A stretch of 64,000 nt of DNA. Source: Dicyema japonicum (taxonomy: Eukaryota; Animalia; Dicyemida). The notes beneath the pieces were generated by a model. The model was not told the DNA's origin and made no database searches. It saw nothing but the letters and a program-made list of their open reading frames with translations. The translations under genes and the position numbers were made by a program. Below are positions 37,750 through 50,710 of the stretch, in pieces. The DNA lies in assembly GCA_011109175.1 (NCBI GenBank), contig RDEW01000030.1, positions 665,937-729,936 of the forward strand, read 5' to 3'. Numbering within the stretch: the first letter of the stretch is position 1; each line of letters begins with the position of its first letter.

Positions 37750-39200
37750 TATTGTTCTACTCTCTGAAAGTATGGTATCTGGATGATTACACCATGGGCG
37801 GTCATCCGATGGATTTACTGGATTGTTTGAAAAGTCTGATAGTTCAAATGGAATCCCTATGCCTAACTCTAAACACATCGAAGTCTGAAGTTACCAATTT
37901 TGAATTTCCGCAGGCTGAATGGGACTCGATCCTTGCGATGTTCAGAGAGATCATTCCGAAAGCCACGGAAACCAAAGCAGAACAACTGGATATACTTGAA
38001 TGCTCCTCTTACTGATGCTGGAATCACTAACACTCTCAGAACAAAAGAACAACAAATAAAAACAACATTCAGACGTCTGGAGATGCTGGACTCACATACC
38101 TCCCTATTCCTGCTGAGAAACGCCTTATGAGCACAGAAATTGAACTACGTTCTTCTGGGGCACCCTGCTACCTGAAAATGCAACAGCTTGATACCATCGA
38201 TTCCCTCTTCTGGACCACTATTAAACGTATCACCAATGTTAAATTTGACGACCGAGGGTGGGACCAAGCGACCCTACCCACTAGCCTGAGCGAACTGGGA
38301 ATCCCTTTATCTAAGAATCTGGCTTGCCCTGTGTTTCTGTCCTATTTGGGCTCCAGTCGACTGCTGATCAGGATGATTCTTCAACTCCGAACAGAATCGT
38401 CTGAAATCACAGAAATGGAGCATTTGATTGGGATGATGCCTGAGCAGAAAGACCGTTACATGACCATCTGCGAAGATAAATATGAGAGGCTTCTGACCAA
38501 TCAAACCAACACAGACGTGACTGTCTAATCACTGGAAGATGCTAATGAAGTGACGCTTGGATCAATGCCCTCCCCATTGGTAGTGTCGGGACCCACCTTG
38601 ACGATGACACTGTCCGCATCGGCATCTCCACCAGACTTGGAGTGAAGATTTGTCAGACTCACAAATGCCGGTGTGACGGCACCGTCGATTGTTTAGGACA
38701 CCATGTTCTCTCTTGTAGAAGAAGTGGACGATTCCCAAGAAATAAGGCGATCAACGGAATTGTCAAACGAGCCCTGGAGTCTGCAGGATACCCCACCATA
38801 CTTGAACCTGTTGGCTTGGACAGAGGAGACGAAAAAACAGTCTGACGGAATCACAATTTTTCCATTTGAGGAGGGGAAACCTTTAGTCTGAATGCTACTT
38901 GTGTCGACCCCCTTTGCCCATCCAACATTGTCGAGAGCGCGGTAGACACACTCCATTACGCGGAAATAAACGATGAGGGCAAAGGATAAGAAATACGAAG
39001 CGCTACGCGACCGATTTGCGTTTTATCCCATTGTGGTCGAGACAACTGGAGGAATAAGTGGGAAATCGCTTCTAAAGCAATTTGGACGCCTATCTACACT
39101 AAAAAGCCACGACGCACGTGATACTCTGTGGCTTATCCAGTTGATCTATGTTGCGATCGTGAGAGGCAACTTAATGTCGATTATGTCGACGGGTATCATT
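37750..39200 (+). mobile_element. CRE-clade LINE copy 3 of cluster
   Basis: VWYLDDYTMGG; WDQATLP; KCRCDGTVDCLGHHVLSC; FYPIVVETTG..VAIVRGN. Confidence 0.9.
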
Positions 39201-39844
39201 TTGATTGATTTTTGTGTTTTGTGAAAATGAATTTTTTCATTCAAAATATCCCGATTTTGACGACTTAATTGGAAAAATGAAAATTTATCTTTTGAAATCA
39301 ATAAGCAAAGAATACGTCTGAGATTTAATTATCACAAAATGGGGGAGTTTCTTAAAGCGGCATTTTATTATTCAGAAAATGTCGTTGCAATAAAAGTCAC
39401 ATTGAACAATTTTGAAGATGACGGGATTATTCTTGCCAATGTAAGGCGGTCAATTATGAATGAAATTTTTTCTCATGAACTTTTTAAATTACGAAATATC
39501 AATGGCTAAAATCTAATTTGGAAAAATTGCAAAACTCACAGTATTCAATCGAATAAAATTATGCAGATTTTAAAAAAATCAGTTCTATTTCTGTAAAGGG
39601 GGAAATTGAAAATTATTTTATTACTCGATGATTATAAAATACTACACCGGCTCCTTCCTGCCATAGACCAATCAGAATCCTCTTTTACGGGGGACATCCG
39701 GGTAAACCTGGCTCGTCTACGATTTGGGCACCACTCCTCTCTACCGACGTACGATGTCATCTGTCCCTTTTGCAACCTCTACGTGTTGACAACAAACCAC
39801 TTTTTGAATGTCATAAATTAGCACAACGTTCGTCTACAATAAAA

Positions 39845-39942
39845 AATAATAAATTGTCCTATTTTTTTTCTTAAGATGTTCTTAATTGTACTATTTTGTT
39901 TTTAAAATGTCCTAAAAATTGTCCTATTATTTCCGCCCTAGT
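39845..39942. mobile_element. MITE/DNA-transposon end ending in ttccgccctag
   Basis: Second copy at 61305-61615 is split by an insertion; the terminal tagggcgg (reverse complement) is reminiscent of hAT TIRs. Confidence 0.5.
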
Positions 39943-40619
39943 CATCAGTGTGTCAAAGGTTACTCCATGAATCTTGACTGAGTTTTGTGTGGGATTTTTT
40001 TCTATTCAAAAACAAATTGGTATATAATTTTCCATTCTTCTATTTGATGTAATTAGAGAAGTCGAGGATTTCTCCGTCGACGTAGAAATTGAAGTAGATT
40101 CTAGCCACACGTTACGTCGATAGAGCATATATTTAAATCGTTGGTAGCTGTCGAAATACATTTGTTTTTGCTCGTGAATACACCGAGAAAGAAGTTAGCA
40201 GTAAAATACTAAATAAAAATTATTTTAAAGCCTAAAGCGTTCCACCGATTCCAGAACTCATCGCCAGGTAACGAAATTGTCTCCCAGTGGAAAAGATATT
40301 TTGAGCATATAATTTTGTTATATTATCAAGTTCCTTTGGTTTCTTTCAAATTTGTTACCCTTCTCACGAATTTTGACTTCGAAAGAGTGTTCCATATCTA
40401 TTTTTGATTTAGTCGTCAAGAATCGGATTATGTCTTAATCTCTTGTGTTAGTTTTTGGAGGTTTTTTAAATGATTAAGTTTTTTAATTCACAACCAATAT
40501 TTTTATTTATTTATTAACCACAGGCTTATAACATTGATAACCATTACAGGATTCCGCTTACAAGATATATCCTCCAATAGTCCATTACAGGATTCCGCTT
40601 CCAAAGAGAGGTGGAGAAG

Positions 40620-40900
40620 TATGTTCGCCCCCTTCATTTCATCACCGTCGCGGACATCACTTCATTCTTAGGCGGAAGAGTTTTCATAGTGGTAATCTTC
40701 ACCAGTGGAGTTGGTCAGGGGGAAAGTAGAAATATCCCATTCAACTACTTTGTCGTGCCAGAAGGACTCGTCGCATCATGATGGGATCTGTTTGACGAGG
40801 ATTGACCTCCGCTGAAAAACCACATTTTTCGGATTCGAACACACGACCTTCAGATCCAGATCCGATGTCATCAGATGTTCAGCCAGAGGGCCACCACAAC
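40620..40900 (-). mobile_element. tRNA-derived SINE-like element (second head type)
   Basis: Reverse complement gtggtggccctctggctg..gtgtgttcgaatccg gives a degenerate A box and a good B box. No cloverleaf found. Confidence 0.5.
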
Positions 40901-41004
40901 CAATATATAGAAGCAATCTAATCATTTGTGATTAAAAATAATCAAAAAAAGACAAAACATATTAAGTAATAAATTAGATTAACTAAAACCCAAAATAAAA
41001 TGAA

Positions 41005-41636
41005 TAATTATTTTTCTTATGTGAAAATTTAGTGAGCCATTTAATGCAGAGGTCAATATTATCACATGTTAAACAGGAAGCAGAATATATGCCACAATGT
41101 CTGCCTTCGACTGCATTTGAGATTCCTTACACTGTGATTAAAACTCCATTACAAGTGAGTTTTTATCTCATTGAGATCAAGAGCAGCAGATAAATCATTT
41201 TTATTAGCGACAACTAACAAGGGAATCTTTTCGAGTTCCGTGTTGTAGAGAAGTTCAATAAGAAGGGATTTCGCCAAGTCAAGTTTCTCTATATTAGCCG
41301 AGTCCACCATAAAGCTACGCGTTATAATATCTAATACAGAATGCAATCGACCCCCATACAATATCGAGGCCACATAGCACGAAAACGAGGTTGCCCACCA
41401 ATATCCCATATTTTCATATTGACTGATCCTTTGCTAACTCTACGAAGATTGAATCCTAAGGTAGGCACTGTTTCATCCTTGAAGTTGCCGGACTAGTGTG
41501 ATCACAACAAACATACACAAAGTAGCTCAACGAAGGTAGTCTTTCCGGCAGATTCAGGCCCAACGATGCAAATATCCATTTCCTGTTTGAAAAAAAGTTG
41601 ACGAAGCCAATCGAGAAATTTACGAAACCAATCCAT
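41005..41636 (-). CDS. ARL8: ADP-ribosylation factor-like GTPase 8, multi-exon
   Basis: [35 protein letters not shown]; [19 protein letters not shown]; [11 protein letters not shown]; [17 protein letters not shown]. One homopolymer frameshift near 41117. Confidence 0.92.
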
Positions 41637-41779
41637 AAGAAAACCCGTAAAATTCAAAATAATTTGTAACAACTTTTATTATTAATAAACATTTTAATAT
41701 ATTTTTTTCTTATAAATAATCAGAATAAATTCAATTTTGTGTGTTAATCAAACCTCCTAATCAATTACAAGATAAGGAG

Positions 41780-42200
41780 TCTGCGCTGAGCCACCGAAAA
41801 CCTCATTAGTAAAATCACGAGGATAACGCCAGAAGTCAATTTGAATGATTCTCCGATCCTAACCATAAAGACCCTTTCTATCCTTGGAGTTACTTTTGAT
41901 CATTTTGTGTCATTAATACAATGTAAGTTAATATCTTCGAGGATCCAATAAATGAGATTACTGAAGGCTTTTTTGTATTTTCCGGCGTCTACGGATCGCC
42001 CCTCTTTCGTTATCGACGCAAAGCAATTGGATATAGTGCAAAACCTCATTCTTATTACGATACTCGAAACGGACGTCTACCTCGCTGTTTCGGAAAACGG
42101 TAAATGGATAACATGGCCAGCGAGGTTTTCTTAAAGTGGCTAAATCTCAGAGTATCCCCTTGAACCAGAAGTCAGGTCATATCTGGAGATTTAATATCTT
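41780..42200 (+). mobile_element. Jockey/I-like LINE fragment
   Basis: ILGVTFD and YAKQ/IVQN-like remnants similar to 13740-14040. Confidence 0.45.
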
Positions 42201-43109
42201 CGTAGTGCATCATCTAATAATATGATCTAGTTCAGTAAATAGACTTGATGACAATAATTTAACATTTCAAAAAATGTTTGAACCTCTGAAAGATCAGTTA
42301 GACAAGTGGTTGATGGGTCGCAAGGTTGAGGTGATAACGTACCTCTTGTGCACAAGATGTCTACTTAGCTTCATGATTAATGCAAACCATTGCCTTTTTT
42401 CTCATTGGCATGGACAAGGAGACGGATTCAGGAGACACTGGAGACCTGAAGTTCTAAACAAATAAAGCTCCAGTTACACGTAGAATCCATATTCGAAGCT
42501 CGTCGAGCTAAAAATTGGAAGAGCTTGGAGGATCATTTGTCAGAAGCTACACGTGTTAATATAATTGCTAATTTTATGTAATCAATCATTATGCCAATTA
42601 ATTTCAAATGCGATCTTCTTGATATCGGATGCGACTCACCTGTTTCAAATGACCCTCACTACCAGGATGGCTACAAGAATGATCATTTTTTATCCTTCAT
42701 TCCGCTAGGTCATTCCTTGGAAGGGTTTTCTTTACGTTTTATTCATTTTCTCTGGATCTTGATAGACCGTAAAGTTCCCTTCTCATACGTGTGGATCAGC
42801 TACTAACGACAACTTACTGACTACTAAAAGCAACATCTACCAAAAGAAAAGATAATAACAATTATGGCGTGAAGAAGGCCAAACCTCCCCTGTGACATTT
42901 ATTTATAAACCCCGGATACTCCTAATTAAATGTATCCAGTTCATACAGTATGAGTCGCAGAAAAACAAGTCGAGGGTGATTTTTTTAATAAATCAAAAAT
43001 TCATGTTTTTTTAAATTGTTTAAAACACTTATAAAAACGTTGTTTTTAATCAATTTATTTTTAGGTCAATAATGTCATAAAATCAAGATTTTTTAGTTTT
43101 TATTGATTT

Positions 43110-43430
43110 TTATTTATTTTTTTAAGAATAATTTTTTAACAATTAAACAAATGTCAGTTGAGGAAGCCTCTGCGTGGATTGCGAACGAGTTCTCTCGGAG
43201 TATGGCTATTCCAATCTTTTGTCTTAGCCATAACCCTTCTCGTTGATCCCTTTTTTTTCTGGCAAGCAATCCTCCGAGTTCTCGCAAGAACTCAGCCGTC
43301 ATTGGACCAACGGCTCCCGATGATTCGGTCGCAACAGGAGTAAATCGGTAGCGATCCCCGAGGCAAGAATATTTCTTGATTTTTAGGTTCTCCGCAGTCG
43401 AAGCAGCTGCTCCAGGTGTCTGAACCGATT
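43110..43430 (-). mobile_element. CRE-like LINE 3' fragment
   Basis: AEFLRELGGLLARKKRDQREGLWLRQKIGIAILREN. Confidence 0.75.
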
Positions 43431-43599
43431 TAAAAATATTCGTGATTAATTTTTATTTAAATTAAAAAAGGGGACAAAATTCCCTTTTGCTAATGGTCAG
43501 AACCTGGTTTGGGGAGCTACATGTGTTGATACATACTCTCCGACGATCTAGACGAGTTGATGAAAAAGTTGAAGAAATAGTGGATGGCAAACGACGGTT

Positions 43600-44135
43600 C
43601 TGCACATCACTTCGTTTGATTGTATGACGCATTTGTCAAGCCGATCCTCGATACAATTTATCATCTAAAAAACGTCAAAAACCGAACAACTTGGACTAGA
43701 TTCTTTCCAACGAGAAAACTTATATCCTTACTAGGACTGAACTGGTCAATAAGAATAAACAAGGAATCACTATATAAGAAATGCTACACTTCCAGAGACA
43801 CTTGATGTAGATTTAAAACTTGTGAACAAAAGTCTAAGAAGTGATGACGATCTAGACGAGTTGAGGAAACTCTCTTACGACCGAGGAGGTTGGAAGAGGT
43901 TGGTTCGGAGGATTGTTTTGAATGTTGCACGAGTGAAATTATAACTATTATGGTTTTAAGCATGTTGCCTATAATAATAAGAAGACCCGAGGAACGTGCC
44001 GTTACGACTACGGGAAACCAGTTATATGGTTGATGCTTACTTGAGTGGGCTCGAGGGAGGAACATCGTGTCCTCTTTTGGAACGTGTCAGGATCACGCGA
44101 TTAGTTAGTTTTGCCTTACCGTGGACTTTGGAATT
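43600..44135 (+). mobile_element. Adjacent RTE-like (43600-43900) and Jockey-like (43960-44135) LINE 3' fragments
   Basis: YDAFVKPIL..SLLGLNWSIRINKESLYKKC..DDLDELRKL, then ggaacgtgtcaggatcacgcgattagttag. Confidence 0.65.
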
Positions 44136-44429
44136 TTTTTTATTTCATTTTTCATTTCAAAAAAGTTAAATAGATTGTTGTAAAATATCCTGAGATATTT
44201 TCGAATTGGGCACACTTGGGTGATTTTTGTCAATAAAATGAAAAATTCATATGTTCTTTAAAATTGCTTAAAACTTATAAAAAATGTTATTTTAATCAAA
44301 AATATTATAAACCTAAAGTTATAAAGTCAAAAAATCAAAATTTTGAGTAATGTAAAAAAAGGTCAAAATTTAATTTTTTAGGTCAATAAATTTTTTTATA
44401 TAAATAATCAGTTAATTTATCCCCAGTAA

Positions 44430-44670
44430 AGCATATTTAAAACTGCCATCCATCCAAGTGGACCCCCGCCGACATTATCGACGTTGCGTTGCCTCTCACG
44501 ATTGCAACAGAGATCAACTGGAGTAGCCACCGGTCTCACGTGCGTCGTGGCTTTTAGTGTAGCTAAGCGTCCAAGTTTCTTTAGGAAGCGAAGTGATTTT
44601 CCACTTATTCCTCCAGTTGTCTCGACACTATCGGATAAAACGCGAATCGGTCGCGAAGCGCTTCAATAAA
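44430..44670 (-). mobile_element. CRE-like LINE 3' end
   Basis: Reverse complement aligns closely with 39005-39195. Confidence 0.8.
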
Positions 44671-45299
44671 TTCAATTTTTTATTGATTTTATTTTTATTG
44701 ATTAATTTTCAGAGGTTTTAAATAAATACTAACGTGTAATCAGCTGTTTTTATTGAATCTTTTGTCAAATAAACATTTCAAACTAGCCAGTCTATCATTT
44801 TTATTACTATTTTACAGGTTCTACTGTAAAAATATCTGATTTTCTCATTACATCTACCAACACTATGATCAATGAGGTCACTTGCTTAGTCGAATATGAT
44901 TTTCTTTGCATATGTTGAACATTTAATTTTACAAATCTTGTTTGAGGGTATTGGATATCGTTTTACTTCCTACTATGCAAAGTGTAAATTTATGGTAATG
45001 GTAACTTGACCGAACCTTTTTTTGAGTTTTAAATGTTTTTAAAATATAGTTGAAAAAAATTGGTTTGATCTAAGAAATCGATATAAATATGCGTGAATAC
45101 ACAAAAATTTCTTCCGTAAAAATAGAAAGTTTTATTGAAATTGGCAATCTACCCAAAATAATTCTGGTCAGAAGGAAAATTTTTTTTGAAATTGTTAAAT
45201 ATTATTGTAAAAATTTTATTGAAGTAAAAATAAATTTAATTTTGATGGAAATGGAAAGATGCTTGGAAGTAATCTATTAAAATGAGCTAGATTATCACG

Positions 45300-46050
45300 C
45301 GCAAAGAAATTATGGTTGGGAAATTTTTTGAGTGGTCGACGAGAACGAGTACACTATGGCAATTGATGTTCCGTATCGAGACTATTAGCAAATGCGTTCC
45401 TTAGGGCTCCCCATTATCTCCCCTCTTGTTCAACGTTCTGATCGATGACTTGCTACTCCCTCAGGGGGACAATGACATATTATTAACGTATGCTGATGGT
45501 ATAGTCATTGCCTCAAGGGATGTGAGTATTGTGGAGGCAACGAGAAGAGTACAGGACAATCTGAATAATCTAAGTTTATGACTTTAGGAAAATCAATTGA
45601 CTGCTAGCCCGGAGAATTCGGTGTTGACACTATTCACGACAAACATAAGACTAGGGAAAGTATCAATTGACGTCACACTGGATGGGAAGAATATCCCGCA
45701 AAACAAATACCAGAAATCCTGGGAGTCACCTTGGACACCTTCTTAACCTTTACAAAACATGTCGAAAATATGTTATTGATTTGTACGAGGAAAATCAACT
45801 TCCTGAAAGCGTTCTTGGGAAACATAAGAGACATCTGAGTGGACTGGATGTCATATACAAACAGTTCATCAAGTCTTCAATAGGATACGCATATAATGTC
45901 TGGGGATCTAACCTTTCTGCAACGAATTTGGACAAGATCTGCAACATTCAAGTGAAGGCAGCAAACCTACTAAGGAAATCCCGTGTGAAAATTGATAAAG
46001 GTGACAGGAAAAACTTACTTCACGTAGAAAACACAGCTAGCATATTCAAA
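45300..46050 (+). mobile_element. Jockey/I-like LINE RT fragment
   Basis: VPxGSPLSPLLFNVLIDDL..LTYADGI; ILGVTLDT; YKQFIKSSIGYA. Confidence 0.75.
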
Positions 46051-46499
46051 AATTGTATTTCAGTAAAGATTTATGCGGAATTGAGAAGTATCTGGAATCT
46101 AGATTTTATGTTAATAAGGTTTTTCTATTAAAAAATGGAAAAACAACATATTTCTACATTCATATACGGCAAAAATATCCTTTAACATTATTATCTATTA
46201 AGAAAAGATTTTTATTATTGATAAATTATTATCTAAAGACCGAATTTTTTAACCTGAAAAACGTTTTGAATTACATTATTATATATTTAATAAATTTTAG
46301 ATTAGTTTTTCCATATTTAAAAATTTTTTTCTAGATAAATTTTTCATAAATTCAAAAATGGTCAAAATTTCGAATTTATAAGTCAAAAAATCGCCATACT
46401 TATAACTGTAAAGCAGTTTTTTATTGTTCACCTAAGAAAAATCAAACTAACAGGTTTATCATTTTTTATCATAATTCTAAGGCGCCAATGCTGTAAAAA

Positions 46500-47460
46500 A
46501 TATTTGATTTTCTCATCTTATTTACCGACTCGTGGATCTAAAGGCCACTAAGGCTTTTGTCAAATCCGATATTCCTTTCTCCCATAAGTTGAAAAGCTTA
46601 CAAGACTTGTTTGAGGGTATTGAACATTATAAGTGTAACCAGAAAATTGCATTTTTTAAACAAAAATTTCAAAAAAAATTTCTGAAAGGTTTCATTCACG
46701 TGTTTGAAGGAATCTCACGGAAGCGGATCTAACTACCACTCTTCGGACGTTGTGTACCGATTCTAGTCCAATGAATTCCTCCCCTGAGACAGTTTCTCTT
46801 CTGAAGGCAAAACACCCTATTATGCAAGACGATATTTGTGTGCCCGTCTGTCCCGATCCTTTTCCGATTCTGCCAATCTTTGTAATGTCCTTCGATAATT
46901 CCGAAGGAGTAGTGGGGGAGTTGATGGGCTTAAGCCAGGACATCTCATGGACCTTTTATCTCAATCTATTAGCCAGCCCGCTATACTTCTAATAATAATA
47001 ATAGCCTTTTCACGAGAGCCATAATATTTATAGCTCCGCATAGGCAGGACACACACTTTATTTTAGTAAAGAACAGTTAATTTTAACTAATCATAGAACC
47101 ATAGAATAATCTTCACTTCTTTTCTTTTTTTTGTGTGTGGGTCCTTTCTAGACAATCCAATTCCGCAGTGAGTATCCACTGATGACGGCGTCACTCGTCA
47201 AACCCTTTTAGCATCGTAGATGCGTGGAACCTTCCACCATGTGAACAGCAGCGAAAATCGAACCCGTAATCTAAGCCACTTTAGCCCGACACCTAACCAC
47301 TATGCCACCCGGCTATACTTCTTCTTCGGGAGAATTCTGGATCTTCTATCCAGAGTCGCAAGTACGATTTCTCCAGGGTCGTGCAGTTGAAGGACGTAAC
47401 CACCTCAGCTTACGATATTATGGAATCATACTTTCTCTGCTCAGGGGCTGTAGGGGGAAG
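46500..47460 (+). mobile_element. CRE-like RT fragment interrupted by a SINE
   Basis: LLKAKHP..DNSEGVVGE resembles 33760-33900; RT-like frames resume after the SINE TSD. Confidence 0.55.
46991..47311 (-). mobile_element. tRNA-derived SINE family 1, full length
   Basis: 11-bp TSD gctatacttct at 46980-46990 and 47312-47322; colinear with 1777-2072. Confidence 0.92.
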
Positions 47461-47699
47461 CCATAAACAAATTTTCCATCAATAATAAACATCGATCTAA
47501 AACATATTGAAATGGCATTAGGAGATGTAGATGATTTAGACCAGAGGCATGTCAAACTCAAAAGCTCCAAAAGATGATTTGATTATACACGCGGGCCGCA
47601 CTAACAAATCTATAAAACGTCGTAATCTTATTGAAGTTTATTTGATAATTTGCACGACTACTACAACAGCTATATTACGCTAACGCTCCATAACGACAA

Positions 47700-48280
47700 A
47701 AATAACAATTTTAATCATTTTTCGAGATTATTGAATCACTCTTTAGTCTTTGTTTTGTCTTGAGGTGCTTCCTTCCCTGCTTTGTCATTTCAGTCCTCGG
47801 CAATGAAGCATAAGTATGCTGAAAAGAATGCGTTATATACTCTTGTGTGGGTAGAGTGAAATTCATCGAGTTCTTCGGGATTTTCAGAGGCTCAGATTTC
47901 AGCCTGCGCGTATATTTTGATAATTGTCACCCTGAATTGGGTTTGGTTCACCATTTAATTTGTAGCACATCAATTCTATCCGAGACGGACTATACTTTGG
48001 ATATAAGATTGTACATTTTGCGATGGATTGCAAATCCAATTACATACTGAGGACAGGTAATCAGGCAGTAATTTACAACTTGCAATGTTCCGTAGTCTGC
48101 AATTTTCGTCTCCTGTCGACATATGGATAGCTTGTATCGTTCCAGATCTCGTACGAACTGAAGTTTTTCGAGTCCTCTAAAATTTGGAATGCAAGAGAGA
48201 ATGGCCTGGTGGATATCAAATTTGAAAAGACATTTGTGCAACAGAGCACGGCACCACCTCAACCGAACTTAAAAAAGTCA
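47700..48280 (-). mobile_element. LINE apurinic endonuclease (5') fragment
   Basis: NFRGLEKLQFVRDLERYKLSICRQETK..GFAI fits the APE motifs N..L..QET..GVGF. Confidence 0.65.
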
Positions 48281-48962
48281 TTTCCATATTAGAAGAGATT
48301 GATGTAACAGGGACATCAGTTTTGCATTCAAATTCTCAAGTTGATGTGAATATCCCAAATCAACTTTAGTATCATTCGAGTTCATTAAGTTGATCATACA
48401 AATCACCAGTTAAATCAAGGAAGTTCAGAAGACATTTACATCGCTCGACATCAAACTCAACTCACTACGTATCGGCGCAATGGAGTGGAAGGCATTCTGT
48501 GGCATCAAAAAAAAGATATCATGCGGAACGCTTGTACTCCTGATCAACAATTCGAATAAAATATCAAAAGTCTATGTCAAAGTGGATTAAAAAATAGTGA
48601 CGAATCACGACAAATCATGATTGAAACTGCAAAGGTAATCTTTTCCCTGGTCAACCTACACATTTGTGAAATTAGAGAGAATGAATGTCACCGAGACGTA
48701 GCAATCTTATCAAAATTATAAAGATTTGAAAATGTTTCAAACTATAGTTTACATATATACCACATGCAGCGCATCCATAGCTAATCGTTGATTGTATGCA
48801 TTGGTTTTATGTATCGGATGTAGAGTTTATTGATGAGTTGAACCAACTTCCATAGTGGCCCAGTCGATTAGAAATTATAAATTGAATTGAATTATAATTT
48901 TAAATATACAGTATTCACAAATTGAAGCAAAAATAATATAAATTAGATTAGAAATATACCGA

Positions 48963-49214
48963 ACATCGCAATGGAAGATTACTACTCATCCAATGTAAAA
49001 TGCTTTCGTGAAAGACCTAGAACTACCCTCCCGGTCGTTCTACAAAACGATCTGAAAGCCGTGAAGAAAACATTGGCATCTGGTGACGATCTGGACTCAC
49101 TGAGGGTCCTAGCAAAGAACAGAAGAGCTTGGAGCAACCTAACTAATTCTCTTATATTTTTTGCTGCACATGCGGGGCTATAAATATTATGGCTCTCGTG
49201 AAAGTGCTAATAAT
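48963..49214 (+). mobile_element. 5'-truncated RTE-like LINE 3' end
   Basis: 10-bp TSD aatataccga at 48953-48962 and 49215-49224; RERPRTTLP; (TAA)n tail. Confidence 0.9.
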
Positions 49215-50264
49215 AATATACCGACAAACAGGAAGTAGCAGTTAGGTCTTCCTTATGAGCGCATATAAAAGAGAAGAGTAACGAACGAAATAAATTAATA
49301 CATATAATAAGAAACAGTAGAAGCTTCAACACAGAGAAGAGAGTGGTGCTCTTAAGAAGAGAGGGCAGCCACCGAAAAAACCAGAAGTAGTCAGGAAACC
49401 CTGATTAATTCCCGTTCTCTTCCGGAAACGGGCCCTCAGTGCTGGTTGCTATAGCCAGCACGATCCAGATGGAAGTTCTAATTATAAACGAAACTAAATG
49501 GATTGGATTTTAGCATCTGAAATTGATGACGAATACGAAAGAAAAACGAGAAGAATCGGTGATTTATTACATTGCTTGTGGAAACTCGCATTGTAATTGG
49601 GGCTTTTTACGGAGAAGAGACATACGGTGTCTCATGAGAGTGCCCCGATATAGACGACCCAAATCTTGGCTTTCCTCTTTAGTTAATGGCTCTTTACCTT
49701 GTTTAGTTAGTTGGGGTTTTGCGAATAAATCATGTTATCTGTATCTTACGAAATAAATTATTGAAATGACCGGTTGGGTTATCCTTTATAATTTAGAATA
49801 CCCAAATATGTTGGATATGGAAGTTTTTAAATAAATATCCCGAGGATATCGACGTTAACATATTTATAGCATTCATGGTGTATCATACAAGTTTAAACCC
49901 AAGAGTTTGCGTAGAAATTATGTTAATGTTCTATCAACTGTTTCCAGATCTTTTTAGAATATTTTATGATGGTACTATTTGATGTTTACCTTTAGAGAAG
50001 AACATGTCGAGTCATGTCGAGAACAACCTGTTAGAGAACATGTCGCATATGTTAATCTTGACGGGACATGCGTTTACAGAGTATACGGAAGAGGTCCATT
50101 GTTTAGAAAAAATTGGAAAGGACAATACGTCCACGTGAAAGACCAATTTTAATTCGATTTTAATTCGATTAATTAACTTAAAATTTTTTTTTTAATTTTC
50201 CGTATTATAACAAATTATTTTTTATGGAAACTAATCGTAGAGGGAGAACAAAGGATTGCTATTC

Positions 50265-50400
50265 ACTTTTTTCTTTTTCTTGCGTGTATGTCCTTTATAG
50301 ACAATCTGGTTCTGCAGTGTAATATTCACTGATGACGTCGTCACAAGCCGAAACATCTTAGATGCATACAACCGGAATGTAGAAGCGAGATTCAACTTGG
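50265..50400 (-). mobile_element. Diverged SINE family 1 fragment
   Basis: gtcctttatagacaatc..gcagtgtaatattcactgatgacgtcgtcac aligns with 47140-47195. Confidence 0.6.
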
Positions 50401-50710
50401 GCCATCAGGCCTATTTTTGACACACAAATAGAGATAAAGAACCTCAAAAATTGCGCACATATAAGCAAACTATATTTCCGAACTATTTCTTGCGCAGTCC
50501 AATACCTATTGATATCGGCCCACCGGTTGGAGAATACTGTCTTAGATAACGTCGGTCCGACTGTAATTCGTTTGTTGAATGTATTTCAAGGATGAATGCA
50601 ATCAATGGTTTTATTACTGAAGATATCATTAGCTAAGGTATTTGTGAAAAACTTGGAATCAATAGTATTGAATTTAGTAAAGCTACACAGATTTAGAGGA
50701 AGATTTGAAT

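Noticed and set aside
47165-47205. CUGAUGA..(G)AAAC hammerhead-like core on the antisense strand of SINE family 1 (also ~1890-1920 and 50325-50355)
   Set aside because: Most copies lack G12, there is no NUH triplet or stem I/III pairing, and the CUG is part of a simple cagtga-gtat-tcactg hairpin.
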